A stretch of 64,000 nucleotides of DNA from Parvibaculaceae bacterium (GCA_965219965.1 OZ244796.1:391015-455014); one strand, 5' to 3'. Numbered from the stretch's first letter, positions 34,069 to 43,823 are shown. Translations and numbers: made by a program. The notes: generated by a model not told the origin, from the letters alone.

Positions 34069-35502
34069 ATGGAATTTACGCTGGCCATAATTGGACGTCC
34101 CAATGTCGGAAAATCAACGCTGTTTAATCGGCTGACAGGCAGGAAAATGGCACTGGTAGATGATACGCCAGGCGTCACCCGTGACCGACGGGAAGGTGAT
34201 GCACGGCTGGCCGATTTGCGCTTTACCGTTATTGATACGGCAGGGTTGGAAACGGCGAAATCTGGTTCACTGGAAGCGCGTATGAAAGAGCAGACACAAG
34301 CCGCCATGGTACAGGCCGATATGGTTTTAATGCTGACCGATGCGCGGGCGGGTATTCTGCCCGAAGACCGCGTTTTTGCTGAGCTTATCCGCAAAAGCTC
34401 GCAAAAGGTTATTTTGGCGGCGAATAAATATGAAGGCCAAGCAGGCGAAGCAGGGCATTTAGAAGCTTATGAACTAGGCTTGGGCGATCCAATTGGCTTA
34501 TCGGCCGAACATGGGCATGGTATGGGCGATATTTATGACCGGATTCGCACAGCTATGGCTGAAATGAGTGCATCAGAAGTAGCAGAACCCATAGATGAGC
34601 ATGATGATAGCGAAGAAGATGATGATGATTTTAATCCCGATGCGCCTTTTTATATGGATTATGAGAAGCCCTTGCGCGTGGCGATTTTAGGGCGTCCAAA
34701 TGCGGGTAAATCCACTTTAGTGAATTATTTGCTCGGCGAGGAGCGTATGTTGACGGGTCCAGAGGCAGGAATCACTCGTGATTCGATTGGTGTAAAATGT
34801 CACTGGGTGCAAAAAATTGACAATAATTGTGTCAAACGGGTCATAAAAATTTGGGATACGGCGGGCATTCGGCGCAAGGCAAAAGTGACCGAAAAATTGG
34901 AAAAGCTTTCCGTCACCGATGGGCTTCGGGCAGTCAAATTTGCCGAAGTGGTCGTGCTACTCATTGATGCAACCAGCCCATTTGATAAACAAGATATTCA
35001 ACTCGCCGATTTAGTTGAACGCGAAGGCCGCGCTTTGGTCATTGCCATTAATAAATGGGATATGAAAATTGACCGAAAGAAAGTCCGCGAGATTGTTAAA
35101 GACAAGTTGGAATTTGCGCTGCCACGGCTAAAGGGCGTGCCAGTGCTGACACTCTCAGCCCTTACTGGAAAAGGGATTGGGGCAATTCTCCCTGCCATTG
35201 CTCAACAGCAAGAAATATGGAATGCACGTATCCCAACGGCAAAATTAAACACATGGCTCAGCGATGCTACCGACAAACATAACCCGCCCGCCGATAAAGG
35301 CCGACCTGTTAAATTGCGTTACATCACACAAGCGAAATCACGTCCGCCAACTTTTGTTACCTTTTCTTCGCGAGGCCATGCCGTGCCAGATAGTTATATT
35401 CGTTATCTAACAAATTCCCTACGGGAACATTTTGGCCTGTCAGGGGTTCCAATTCGGTTTTTTCTCCGCAAACACAAAAACCCCTATGTCAATAAAAAAT
35501 AA
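34069..35502 (+). CDS. der: Ribosome biogenesis GTPase Der (EngA)
   Basis: 477-aa ORF with two G domains (GRPNVGKST and GRPNAGKST, DTAG twice, NKYE and NKWD) and a KH-like C-terminus. Acidic linker insert. Confidence 0.94.
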   Translation: MEFTLAIIGRPNVGKSTLFNRLTGRKMALVDDTPGVTRDRREGDARLADLRFTVIDTAGLETAKSGSLEARMKEQTQAAMVQADMVLMLTDARAGILPEDRVFAELIRKSSQKVILAANKYEGQAGEAGHLEAYELGLGDPIGLSAEHGHGMGDIYDRIRTAMAEMSASEVAEPIDEHDDSEEDDDDFNPDAPFYMDYEKPLRVAILGRPNAGKSTLVNYLLGEERMLTGPEAGITRDSIGVKCHWVQKIDNNCVKRVIKIWDTAGIRRKAKVTEKLEKLSVTDGLRAVKFAEVVVLLIDATSPFDKQDIQLADLVEREGRALVIAINKWDMKIDRKKVREIVKDKLEFALPRLKGVPVLTLSALTGKGIGAILPAIAQQQEIWNARIPTAKLNTWLSDATDKHNPPADKGRPVKLRYITQAKSRPPTFVTFSSRGHAVPDSYIRYLTNSLREHFGLSGVPIRFFLRKHKNPYVNKK

Positions 35503-35660
35503 AACCTTGACTTGCTTTTTTGTGAAAGATTTCCCAATATCACAGTGTAGATGCGAATCAATTATGAAGTACATGATTTTTTCTGTTTGTATTGCGTATC
35601 AATTTAACCCCGCCACGTATTTGATTGCATAGATATGTGGCATGAAATTAGGAGAGCAAA

Positions 35661-36182
35661 ATGGCAACTACTAAACCAAGCAATGAGTTGCTTTCACTTG
35701 CCATCAGAATTTTATCTGGTAGCAAAAAATCCACCCCTGGCGATGCTAAAAAGTTGGCTGGTTTTGTGGCGGGAGCTGGAACGGGTTCGGCTAAGGCCTC
35801 ATCTAGAAAATCCAAGGCCAAAAAGAAGCCAGCGCGCAAGAAGAAGGCGACGGCGCGTAAAAAGCCCGTTCGCAAGAAAAAGGCAGCGGTTCGCAAGAAG
35901 CCTGCTCGCCGTAAGACGGCAGCACGTAAGAAGCCAGCCCGTAAGAAGACAACGGCGCGTAAGAAGCCAGCTCGTAAGAAGACGGCGGCTCGCAAGAAGC
36001 CAACCCGTAAGAAGACAACGGCTCGCAAAAAGCCAGCCCGTAAGAAGACGACGGCTCGCAAGAAGCCTGCTCGTCGGAAGACGACAGCGCGTAAGAAGCC
36101 AGCTCGTAAGAAGACGACGGCTCGCAAAAAGCCAGCCCGTAAGAAGACAGTACGGCGTAAGACAGTGCGCAAAAAGAAGTAA
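35661..36182 (+). CDS. Histone H1-like, Lys/Arg/Ala-rich repeat protein (probable nucleoid-associated DNA binder)
   Basis: ATG 35661 lies 7 nt after AGGAGAG. 173 aa. The C-terminal ~120 aa are tandem (A/T)ARKKPARKKT units. Followed by a strong intrinsic terminator. Other frames and the opposite strand are also open here only because the repeat lacks stop codons. Confidence 0.8.
   Translation: MATTKPSNELLSLAIRILSGSKKSTPGDAKKLAGFVAGAGTGSAKASSRKSKAKKKPARKKKATARKKPVRKKKAAVRKKPARRKTAARKKPARKKTTARKKPARKKTAARKKPTRKKTTARKKPARKKTTARKKPARRKTTARKKPARKKTTARKKPARKKTVRRKTVRKKK
35823..36150 (+). repeat. About ten tandem copies of a 33-bp unit (consensus near GCTCGCAAGAAGCCAGCCCGTAAGAAGACGACG) inside the histone-like CDS
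   Basis: Direct reading shows 33-nt periodicity encoding ARKKPARKKTT, with synonymous and conservative variation between units. One unit is 36 nt. Confidence 0.85.
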
Positions 36183-36204
36183 TCAGTAGGCACATTGTGT
36201 GAGG

Positions 36205-36238
36205 AATACGGGGGCTTTTTAGCTCCCGTATTTTTTTA
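36205..36238 (+). terminator. Rho-independent terminator of the histone-like gene
   Basis: ATACGGGGGC-TTTTTA-GCTCCCGTAT, a 10-bp stem with one G-U pair, followed by TTTTTT. Confidence 0.8.
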
Positions 36239-36416
36239 TCACAAGTCTAGATTTTCGCCACGGCTGGTTTTGAAATGGCAGAAAAATGGATTAAAATGCT
36301 CCTATATCCTGTAAGGATAGAAATGAGGATTATGGGCATTAGGAATGATGGGTGTATATGAGTTCATTTTACCCCGCCATAACAAAGTCCCGCACGGCAC
36401 AAGGCGGGCTTTGGGT

Positions 36417-36941
36417 ATGGGGTTTGTTGTGCTGGCGGGTCTTATTTTATCGGCCTGTGCGGGTGGGGTGAACCAACGTGCGGCAGAAGCCAATCGGCAT
36501 ATTGAACAAGCAGCGCGTGAATTGCCAGGCCAATCTGTTCGCGAATTACTGCAATGTGCAGGTATGCCCAATGCCACAGTGGGGCTAGAAAACGGCCATC
36601 AGCTTTTGATTTATGCACGTCAAACCTCACGGCTTGAAATCGACCCTTTCCATGAATTTTACACGCCTTGCGGCTGGCCGACTTATAATCATCGTTGCTT
36701 TAGCGGGGCGACACCCGATTATTATTTGCGTGATTATGAAATTGTAGAGCATGGCTGTCGGGTCGGCTTTTGGGTTAAGGATGAGGAAATCCGCGATATG
36801 AGCGTGGAGGCGACATCTAGCGTGGCCAGAGGCTATTGCGTGGAAGTATTTCGCAATTGCCTCAGGCCAGATGAAACAGCAATAAATGATGGCGACCGGC
36901 GTGATAAAAATGTAACGGCGGGCGGGCGCGTTAATAATTAG
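36417..36941 (+). CDS. Hypothetical Cys-rich lipoprotein
   Basis: ORF 36345-36941. The internal ATG 36417 gives MGFVVLAGLILSAC (signal peptide plus lipobox). No family recognised. Its stop codon overlaps the stop of the convergent SDR gene (TTAG). Confidence 0.5.
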   Translation: MGFVVLAGLILSACAGGVNQRAAEANRHIEQAARELPGQSVRELLQCAGMPNATVGLENGHQLLIYARQTSRLEIDPFHEFYTPCGWPTYNHRCFSGATPDYYLRDYEIVEHGCRVGFWVKDEEIRDMSVEATSSVARGYCVEVFRNCLRPDETAINDGDRRDKNVTAGGRVNN

Positions 36942-37651
36942 AGCCGCGCTTGGTGGTAATCTATTAATTGCCCCGTTTCTACCCAATCGGGGGCGGCCAT
37001 TTTAACCACAAGCGGGGCAACATCTTCTGGGCGCGGTAGCGTGTCGGGGTCTTCGCCTGGCATGGCTTTGGCGCGCATGGCGGTGCGCATCGCGCCAGGT
37101 GATAAAAGATTAATCCGCAAAGCACTATCGGTTTGCTCGCCCGCCCAACAGCGCACCAGCGTATTAAGAGCCACTTTTGAAGCCGCATAAGCCCCCCAGA
37201 AGGGACGCGCACTATCGGCAACGCTTGAGGTTAGAAAAATGGCGCGTCCAGCCTCAGAAGCTAGCAATAATGGCTCAAAAGTGCGTATCAAACGCGCATT
37301 GGCAGTAAAATTAACTGCCAGCGTATCGGCCAGCGTTTCGGGTTTTATATGCGCTACGGGGGTCAGTGCACCCAAAATGGCGGCATTGGCAACCAGCACA
37401 TCTAGCCGCCCCCAACGCTCCGCCACAACTGCACCCAATCGGTCAATGGCGGCATAATCGGTTATATCTAGCGGCACGCCCGTCGCTTCACCTCCAGCGG
37501 CGGTGATTTCATCATAAACGCTTTCCAATGCACCCTGTGTGCGGCTTATCAGCAACACATGGTCGCTTTGGGCGGCTAAAGCTAAAGCCACGGCACGGCC
37601 AAGCCCGCGCCCCGCGCCAGTCACCAGAGCGATGCGCGGCTTTTGCGCCAT
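36938..37651 (-). CDS. Short-chain dehydrogenase/reductase family oxidoreductase
   Basis: 237-aa ORF. TGAGRGLG cofactor motif, NAA, YAASK catalytic motif. Confidence 0.85.
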   Translation of the reverse strand: MAQKPRIALVTGAGRGLGRAVALALAAQSDHVLLISRTQGALESVYDEITAAGGEATGVPLDITDYAAIDRLGAVVAERWGRLDVLVANAAILGALTPVAHIKPETLADTLAVNFTANARLIRTFEPLLLASEAGRAIFLTSSVADSARPFWGAYAASKVALNTLVRCWAGEQTDSALRINLLSPGAMRTAMRAKAMPGEDPDTLPRPEDVAPLVVKMAAPDWVETGQLIDYHQARL

Positions 37652-39171
37652 TAGTCTATTTTTTCTTTCAATAGGGAAAGCTGGCGGATATTTTCCGCCC
37701 CATTTTTATCTGCCAAGGGGGTGGGATAATCGCCCGTAAAGCAATGGTCGGTATATTGTGGCTGGTCAGCATTGCGCCCTTGTTCATGCCCCATGGCGTG
37801 ATAAACGCCATCTATGCTTAAAAAGGCAAGGCTATCCGCTCCGATATAGTCGCGCATTTCTTCCAAAGAATGGGTGGCGGCTAAAAGTTGCTCCTTATGC
37901 GGGGTGTCAATGCCATAAAAATCTGGATGGGTGATGGGCGGTGAGGCGATACGCATATGCACTTGCGTTGCGCCTGCCTCACGCATCATTTGAACGATTT
38001 TAACCGATGTTGTGCCACGCACGATTGAATCATCTATCAGCACCACGCGCTTGCCCGCCACATGGGCTTTATTGGGATTATGTTTGCGCTTTACGCTCAA
38101 CTGGCGGACAGCTTGGGTCGGCTCAATAAAGGTGCGGCCAACATAATGGTTGCGAATAATACCAAATTCAAACGGAATTTTGGCCGCTTCAGAATAGCCC
38201 AAAGCCGCCGGCACGCCGCTATCTGGAACGGGAATAATCACATCGGCGGGCGCGGGGCTTTCTTGCGCCAGCACCCGCCCAAATTCCTTGCGGCAATCAT
38301 ATACATTGCGGCCCGCCAGAAAAGAATCGGGGCGGGAGAAATAAATATATTCAAAAATACACGGGCGTGGCGGTGTGGTGGGGAAGGGCTTGACGCTTTC
38401 AATCCCCGCTTCGGTGATAATCACAATTTCGCCATTGTCAATTTCACGAATAAAATTCGCGCCGATAATATCCAGCGCACAGGTTTCTGAAGCCAATACG
38501 GGTGCGCCGTTCAAATCGCCCAACACCAGAGGCCGAATGCCAAGCGGGTCACGCGCCCCTATCATTTTTTTATTGGTCAGCGCCACTAAACTATAAGCAC
38601 CTTGTATTTGGAACAGCGCATCAATGAGCCTATCAACTGTCCGCCCGCGTTCGGAACGCGCGACGAGTTGTAAAATGGTTTCCGTGTCGGAAGTGGATTG
38701 AAAAATCGCACCGCGTTTGACCAGCTCATTGCGTAAGGTCAGGGCATTGGTCAAATTGCCATTATGGGCGCAGGCAAAACCACCCCCTGCAAGGTCAGCA
38801 AAAAGCGGCTGGACATTGCGTAAAATCGTTTCACCCGTAGTGGAATAGCGCACATGGCCAATGGCCGAAGAACCTTTCAGCCCGTCAATAACTGACGCTT
38901 TAGTAAAATTTTCACTGACCAGCCCCAAGCGTCGTTCAGAATTAAATTGCTTGCCGTCAAAGCTGACAATCCCCGCCGCTTCTTGACCACGATGTTGGAG
39001 CGCGTGCAACCCTAGAGCCGCTAAAGCCGCCGCATCTGGATGACCATAGACACCAAAGACGCCACACTCTTCGCGTAAGGTGTCTTCATGCAATATATCA
39101 GCTCGCATATCAGTCTGCATATTGTCTTGAGTGAAAAGGGTCACTTTTAGACCACCCTCTTTTGCCAGCAT
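37651..39171 (-). CDS. purF: Amidophosphoribosyltransferase
   Basis: 506-aa ORF. Propeptide then CGVFGV (Ntn nucleophile Cys). PRTase motif VVLIDDSIVRGTT. GGGAGG lies upstream of ATG 39171. Internal ATGs at 39120 and 39108 lack an SD. Confidence 0.94.
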   Translation of the reverse strand: MLAKEGGLKVTLFTQDNMQTDMRADILHEDTLREECGVFGVYGHPDAAALAALGLHALQHRGQEAAGIVSFDGKQFNSERRLGLVSENFTKASVIDGLKGSSAIGHVRYSTTGETILRNVQPLFADLAGGGFACAHNGNLTNALTLRNELVKRGAIFQSTSDTETILQLVARSERGRTVDRLIDALFQIQGAYSLVALTNKKMIGARDPLGIRPLVLGDLNGAPVLASETCALDIIGANFIREIDNGEIVIITEAGIESVKPFPTTPPRPCIFEYIYFSRPDSFLAGRNVYDCRKEFGRVLAQESPAPADVIIPVPDSGVPAALGYSEAAKIPFEFGIIRNHYVGRTFIEPTQAVRQLSVKRKHNPNKAHVAGKRVVLIDDSIVRGTTSVKIVQMMREAGATQVHMRIASPPITHPDFYGIDTPHKEQLLAATHSLEEMRDYIGADSLAFLSIDGVYHAMGHEQGRNADQPQYTDHCFTGDYPTPLADKNGAENIRQLSLLKEKID

Positions 39172-39243
39172 TGTGGAAGATTGGCCTCCCGCTCGCCAGA
39201 CTTATACCCCGAACCAGATGATTTGTCAGGACGTTTTTTACAC

Positions 39244-39789
39244 TTAGGGCAAATTGTTAGGGGTCGGAAAACGGGCGGGGATATAGGCTGAAATACTATC
39301 GGATGGGGCGAGCGTGACAATTAAGTCCATACCATTATGCAGGAATGGTACAAGTCGTGCTTCGCTCACCCAATCAGGATGCTCATCGGCAGGAATCAGC
39401 AAGAGCAGAATGAAATAAGCAAAAATGGCAATCAGCACCCCGCGAAGCAATCCAAAGCCCGCCCCCAAAATTCGGTCGGGGCGCCCAATACGGGTCTTTT
39501 TCAAATGTTTGGTGACGATATTGGCCAAAAATGAAAAAACCAACATGATAAGCACAAAAACCACAATGGCGGCTATGCCGAGCAATAGGCCAATTGGCCA
39601 GCCAGAGGGAGTAGCGTCTTCTACGTGCGGGTGCAAAAGGGGCAGGGCGGCTAATGTGCCATAAATGGCCACCAACCAGCCGACAATAGATAAAATTTCA
39701 CGGCTAAAGCCGCGCAAAAGCGACAGTGCCGTTGAGGCGGTAAGGCCAGCGATAATCACATAGTCAAGCGGGGTGAAACCAATATCCAT
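39244..39789 (-). CDS. cvpA: CvpA family membrane protein (colicin V production protein)
   Basis: 181-aa ORF with four hydrophobic segments. Conserved position between radA and purF. Confidence 0.8.
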   Translation of the reverse strand: MDIGFTPLDYVIIAGLTASTALSLLRGFSREILSIVGWLVAIYGTLAALPLLHPHVEDATPSGWPIGLLLGIAAIVVFVLIMLVFSFLANIVTKHLKKTRIGRPDRILGAGFGLLRGVLIAIFAYFILLLLIPADEHPDWVSEARLVPFLHNGMDLIVTLAPSDSISAYIPARFPTPNNLP

Positions 39790-41183
39790 TATACGTCTTC
39801 TTTCCGACGATTGGGGGTGATGCCTAAAAGCCGCATGAGGTCGCCTAAATCAGATATATTATTGATCTTCATGGGCGGGGTTTCATCATGGCTGGATAGG
39901 GGCGCAAAAGCGGCGGCAAAGCCGAGCTTAGCGGCTTCTTTCAGCCGCGCATTGGTTTGCGTCACAGGGCGCACCGAGCCAGACAGGCTTAGCTCGCCAA
40001 AGACAATAGTGTTGTGCGGCAAAGGCTTTTGGCTCAGCGATGACATGAGCGCGGCGGCAACGGCTAAATCAGCCGCTGGTTCTTGCACCCGCAAGCCACC
40101 CGCAATGTTTAGAAACACATCACGTCCAGCAAAACTAATGCCGCACCGTGCTTCTAATACGGCCAGCACCATAGACAGCCGATTTTGGTCCCAACCAACC
40201 ACAGCACGACGTGGTGTAGCAAGTGAAGAAGGTGCTACAAGCACTTGAATTTCAACTAGAACTGGCCGTGTACCTTCAATGCTGGCAAACACCACCGCAC
40301 CAGCCACATTTTCCTCCCGTGCTTCCAAAAACAAAGCCGATGGGTTGGCAATTTCAGCCAGTCCCTCGCCACGCATTTCAAACACGCCAATTTCATCTGT
40401 CGCCCCGAAGCGGTTTTTCACCGCCCGCAAAATACGGAAATGATGCCCACGGTCGCCTTCAAAATAAATCACCGTATCCACCATATGCTCCAGCACACGC
40501 GGGCCAGCAATTTGACCTTCCTTAGTGACATGGCCAACCAAGACCAGTGCTGTATTTGCTGTTTTGGCGTGATGGATAAGTTCCTGTGCGGCGGCACGGA
40601 CTTGGCTGACTGTGCCGGGTGCACTTTCAATGACAGACGACCAAATGGTTTGGATAGAGTCAATCACTACTAAATCGGGCGGCGTGTCAGCTTTAAGCGT
40701 GGCGAGAATATCGGCGACATTAGTTTCCGCGCCAAGCTGCACCGCCGCATCGGCAAGCCCTAAACGGCCAGCCCGCATACGCAATTGAGCAATGGCTTCT
40801 TCACCCGATATATAGACGGTTTTTTTCCCTTGTTGCGCCAAAGCAGCGGTGGTTTGCATTAAAATAGTGGATTTGCCAATACCTGGATCGCCGCCCAACA
40901 AAACTGCCGAGCCTGCCACAAAACCACCGCCAATCACGCGGTCAAATTCACCCAAACCCGTTTGGATACGCGGCGGGTCAGCCATTTCGCCCGACAGGGT
41001 GGTTAAAGGAATAATATGCGCTTTGGCCTTATCGCTTTTTGTCCCGCGCCCAAGCGGCGGAGCGTTGTCGATTCTTTCTTCCTGCAAGGAATTCCATTCA
41101 TTGCAGCTTTCGCATTTGCCGACCCATTTATTTGTCACCGCCCCGCAGGATTGGCAAACATATTGCGTTGAAATACGCGCCAT
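39789..41183 (-). CDS. radA: DNA repair protein RadA
   Basis: 464-aa ORF. N-terminal C4 zinc finger (CQSCG...CESC), Walker A GDPGIGKST, KNRFG motif, Lon-like C-terminal domain. Confidence 0.95.
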   Translation of the reverse strand: MARISTQYVCQSCGAVTNKWVGKCESCNEWNSLQEERIDNAPPLGRGTKSDKAKAHIIPLTTLSGEMADPPRIQTGLGEFDRVIGGGFVAGSAVLLGGDPGIGKSTILMQTTAALAQQGKKTVYISGEEAIAQLRMRAGRLGLADAAVQLGAETNVADILATLKADTPPDLVVIDSIQTIWSSVIESAPGTVSQVRAAAQELIHHAKTANTALVLVGHVTKEGQIAGPRVLEHMVDTVIYFEGDRGHHFRILRAVKNRFGATDEIGVFEMRGEGLAEIANPSALFLEAREENVAGAVVFASIEGTRPVLVEIQVLVAPSSLATPRRAVVGWDQNRLSMVLAVLEARCGISFAGRDVFLNIAGGLRVQEPAADLAVAAALMSSLSQKPLPHNTIVFGELSLSGSVRPVTQTNARLKEAAKLGFAAAFAPLSSHDETPPMKINNISDLGDLMRLLGITPNRRKEDV

Positions 41184-41956
41184 TAGCCATCTCCCTCAAT
41201 AAAAACGGGTCCATCGGCCAGCCCGTTAATGAATTGATACAAATAGGCATTATCGCTTTTATCCATTTCGGCTTGTGCGCCATGCCAAATAATTTTGCCT
41301 TGATATAAAAACGCCGCGCAATCAGCAATGGTGTGAACCGAACTCATATCATGGGTGATGGTCAGCGTGGTTGAACCAAGTTCCCGCGCACAGTCACGAA
41401 TGAGATGATTGATGACATCGGTCATAATTGGGTCAAGACCTGTGGTCGGCTCATCAAAAAATAAAATATCTGGCTTGGTGGCAATGGCTCGCGCCAGCCC
41501 AACGCGTTTGTGCATTCCGCCAGAAAGAGAGGCGGGGTAGGTGTCTAATAATTCCGTGCCCAGCCCTACCAGACGCAGGCTTTCCTCAGCCATATTGCGG
41601 GCTTCATCTATGCTTAACCCCATGCTTTGCAGACCCGCAAAGGCCACATTTTGCCATATAGGCAAGCTGTCAAAAAGCGCACCATTTTGAAACAACATGC
41701 CGAATTGTTTATTGACATTAGCGCGCTTAACCCGCCTTAGTCCGATGGTTTCCACACCACCTACGCGGATAGAACCGCTATTGGTTGGCAATAAGCCAAG
41801 AATGCATTTTAGCATGACTGATTTGCCCGACCCTGAACCGCCAATCACCACCAGCGACTCGCCCTTATTGACGCACAAATTTACGCCCTGTAGCACTTTT
41901 TTTGCGCCGAAATGCTTATACACATTTGTAAGCTCAATGATGGGTTTAGCATTCAT
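41183..41956 (-). CDS. mlaF: ABC transporter ATP-binding protein, MlaF-like
   Basis: 257-aa ORF. GGSGSGKSV, LSGGMHKRVGLARA, FFDEPTTGLDP. Follows an MlaE-type permease. Confidence 0.82.
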   Translation of the reverse strand: MNAKPIIELTNVYKHFGAKKVLQGVNLCVNKGESLVVIGGSGSGKSVMLKCILGLLPTNSGSIRVGGVETIGLRRVKRANVNKQFGMLFQNGALFDSLPIWQNVAFAGLQSMGLSIDEARNMAEESLRLVGLGTELLDTYPASLSGGMHKRVGLARAIATKPDILFFDEPTTGLDPIMTDVINHLIRDCARELGSTTLTITHDMSSVHTIADCAAFLYQGKIIWHGAQAEMDKSDNAYLYQFINGLADGPVFIEGDG

Positions 41957-41972
41957 GGTGGCGTCCCATTTA

Positions 41973-42764
41973 TCAGGAAGAGAAAAATAGCGAGGTCATC
42001 AGATAATTGGCTGATAAGATGGCAATAGATGCCGTGACCACAGCATTTGTTGTGGCGCGGCCAACACCTTGTGCGCCGCCCGCCGAATGATAGCCATTAT
42101 AGCACCCCATGATGGCGATGAGAAAACCAAACACGGCGGACTTAATCAGGCCAGAAGTGATGTCATCTATTTCTAAAAAATCCACCGTGTTTTTAATATA
42201 AATCGCCGCGTTAAAATCCAAAGCCTGTGTGCTAACAACAAAGCCGCCCATAATGCCGATAATATCAGCGATTAGCGCAAGCGCGGGCAGACATAGCACG
42301 GCGGCAATAATGCGTGGCGCAATCAGATATTTGAAAGGGTCGGTGGATAGGGTGGTGAGTGCGTCAATTTGCTCGGTCACGCGCATGGTGCCAATTTCTG
42401 CCGCCATGGCTGAGCTAACCCGTCCAGCAACCATCAGCCCGCCCAAAACTGGCCCCAATTCGCGGGTGATGCCCAAAGCAACAATGCTGGCGACAATAGT
42501 TTCAGAATTAAATTCATTGCCGCCATAATAAATTTGCAAAGCCAAAACCCCGCCAGTGAAAAACGCCGTCAAGGCCACTACAGGCAGGGAGTAATAGCCA
42601 ATACGCAAACATTGTTGGCCAATCAGGCGCATATAAAAGGGCGGCTGAAGTATTGCCCAAAATGCCTGATAAACAAATATAGTAAAGCGTCCAGTTTGAG
42701 CAAAAAAGCCCAGTGTTATTTGTCCTATTTTGGCTACCGAATTCATTGGCGTTAATTCCCTCAT
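41973..42764 (-). CDS. mlaE: ABC transporter permease, MlaE family
   Basis: 263-aa ORF. Polytopic, with RELGPVL and GGAQGVGRATTNAVV blocks typical of MlaE/Ttg2B. Confidence 0.82.
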   Translation of the reverse strand: MRELTPMNSVAKIGQITLGFFAQTGRFTIFVYQAFWAILQPPFYMRLIGQQCLRIGYYSLPVVALTAFFTGGVLALQIYYGGNEFNSETIVASIVALGITRELGPVLGGLMVAGRVSSAMAAEIGTMRVTEQIDALTTLSTDPFKYLIAPRIIAAVLCLPALALIADIIGIMGGFVVSTQALDFNAAIYIKNTVDFLEIDDITSGLIKSAVFGFLIAIMGCYNGYHSAGGAQGVGRATTNAVVTASIAILSANYLMTSLFFSS

Positions 42765-42767
42765 TTT

Positions 42768-43823
42768 TCAGTTTTTATACTGTCTTTTGTAGCGCGTTCC
42801 AAGCTGTGTGAGAAGTTCGTATGAAATTGTATTTGCTTGGCGTGCGAGCGTGTCAATTTTGATTGTGTCGCCTATCATTTCAACAAAATCCCCGCGTTGT
42901 GGGCAGTTTTTAAGATGGGTGATGTCAATGGCGAGCAAATCCATGCTGATTCGTCCCACAATCGGGCATAGGGTGTTGTTAAAAGTGGCATGGGCTTGGC
43001 CGCTAAGGCAACGCGGAAAACCATCGCCATAGCCTAATGCCAAAATGGCAATATGCATATCTTGGGTGGCGGTGAAATTCGCGCCATAGCCAATACTTTG
43101 CCCCGTTTTGACATGGCGCAACTGCAGAATCGGTGCCAGCAAATGCACAACTGTATGCAAAGCAGTGCTTTCATCTTCCAAGGGTGCGCCGCCATAAAGG
43201 CCAAGCCCGACGCGGGTCATATCAAAATGGAAGGCTTTGCCCATCAGCACGCCCGCAGAATTGGCCAAACTGGCTTTGCTGTTAGGAAATTTTTCCCGAC
43301 AAGCCGTAAAAGCGGCCAGCTGGTGGGTGTTCATTTTATGCGCGGGCGTGTCGGCACAAGCGAGATGGCTCATCACAAGTTGCGGGGTGAAGTTTTTGAT
43401 TTTATCTATATCATCCATGGGCAGGCCGAGCCGATTAAAGCCCGTATCAATATATAAAGCCGCTGGACGCGCTTCTGCCTGTGCTTGCCATTCGGTGATT
43501 TCTGCTAAAGAGCCAAGGCAGGGGATAAGCTCATGCGCTTTTATGGTAGCAAAACTATCTGGCGTTAGCCCGTTTAGCACATAGATGTTTGCTTGCGGGG
43601 CGAGGCGGCGCAATTCTACGCCTTCCTGCATACGGGCGATAAAGAATGTTTTGCATCCAGATTTAAGTAACGTCTTGGCTACTGGTTCCAGCCCCAACCC
43701 ATAGGCATCGGCTTTAATGGCGCAAGCCGTTTCGGCGGGGGCGGATTTTTTCGCCAAGAAGGCATAGTTTTTTGCAAGGGCAGCGCAGTCAATATACAAA
43801 ATGGCTTGGTCGTCGCATAGCAT
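42768..43823 (-). CDS. alr: Alanine racemase
   Basis: 351-aa ORF. AIKADAYGLG (PLP lysine), YGG...GR(I)SMD motifs. Confidence 0.88.
   Translation of the reverse strand: MLCDDQAILYIDCAALAKNYAFLAKKSAPAETACAIKADAYGLGLEPVAKTLLKSGCKTFFIARMQEGVELRRLAPQANIYVLNGLTPDSFATIKAHELIPCLGSLAEITEWQAQAEARPAALYIDTGFNRLGLPMDDIDKIKNFTPQLVMSHLACADTPAHKMNTHQLAAFTACREKFPNSKASLANSAGVLMGKAFHFDMTRVGLGLYGGAPLEDESTALHTVVHLLAPILQLRHVKTGQSIGYGANFTATQDMHIAILALGYGDGFPRCLSGQAHATFNNTLCPIVGRISMDLLAIDITHLKNCPQRGDFVEMIGDTIKIDTLARQANTISYELLTQLGTRYKRQYKN

Noticed and set aside
35823-36150. The regular 33-bp periodic repeat could look like a CRISPR array.
   Set aside because: The repeats are directly tandem with no unique spacers. 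They lie inside a coding frame, and no cas genes are nearby.
35635-36195. Three additional long ORFs over the repeat region: 35635-36189 (+), 35648-36193 (-) and 35803-36195 (-).
   Set aside because: They are open only because the 33-bp Lys/Arg-coding repeat lacks stop codons in several frames. Only the frame starting at 35661 has an SD (AGGAGAG) and a downstream terminator on its strand.
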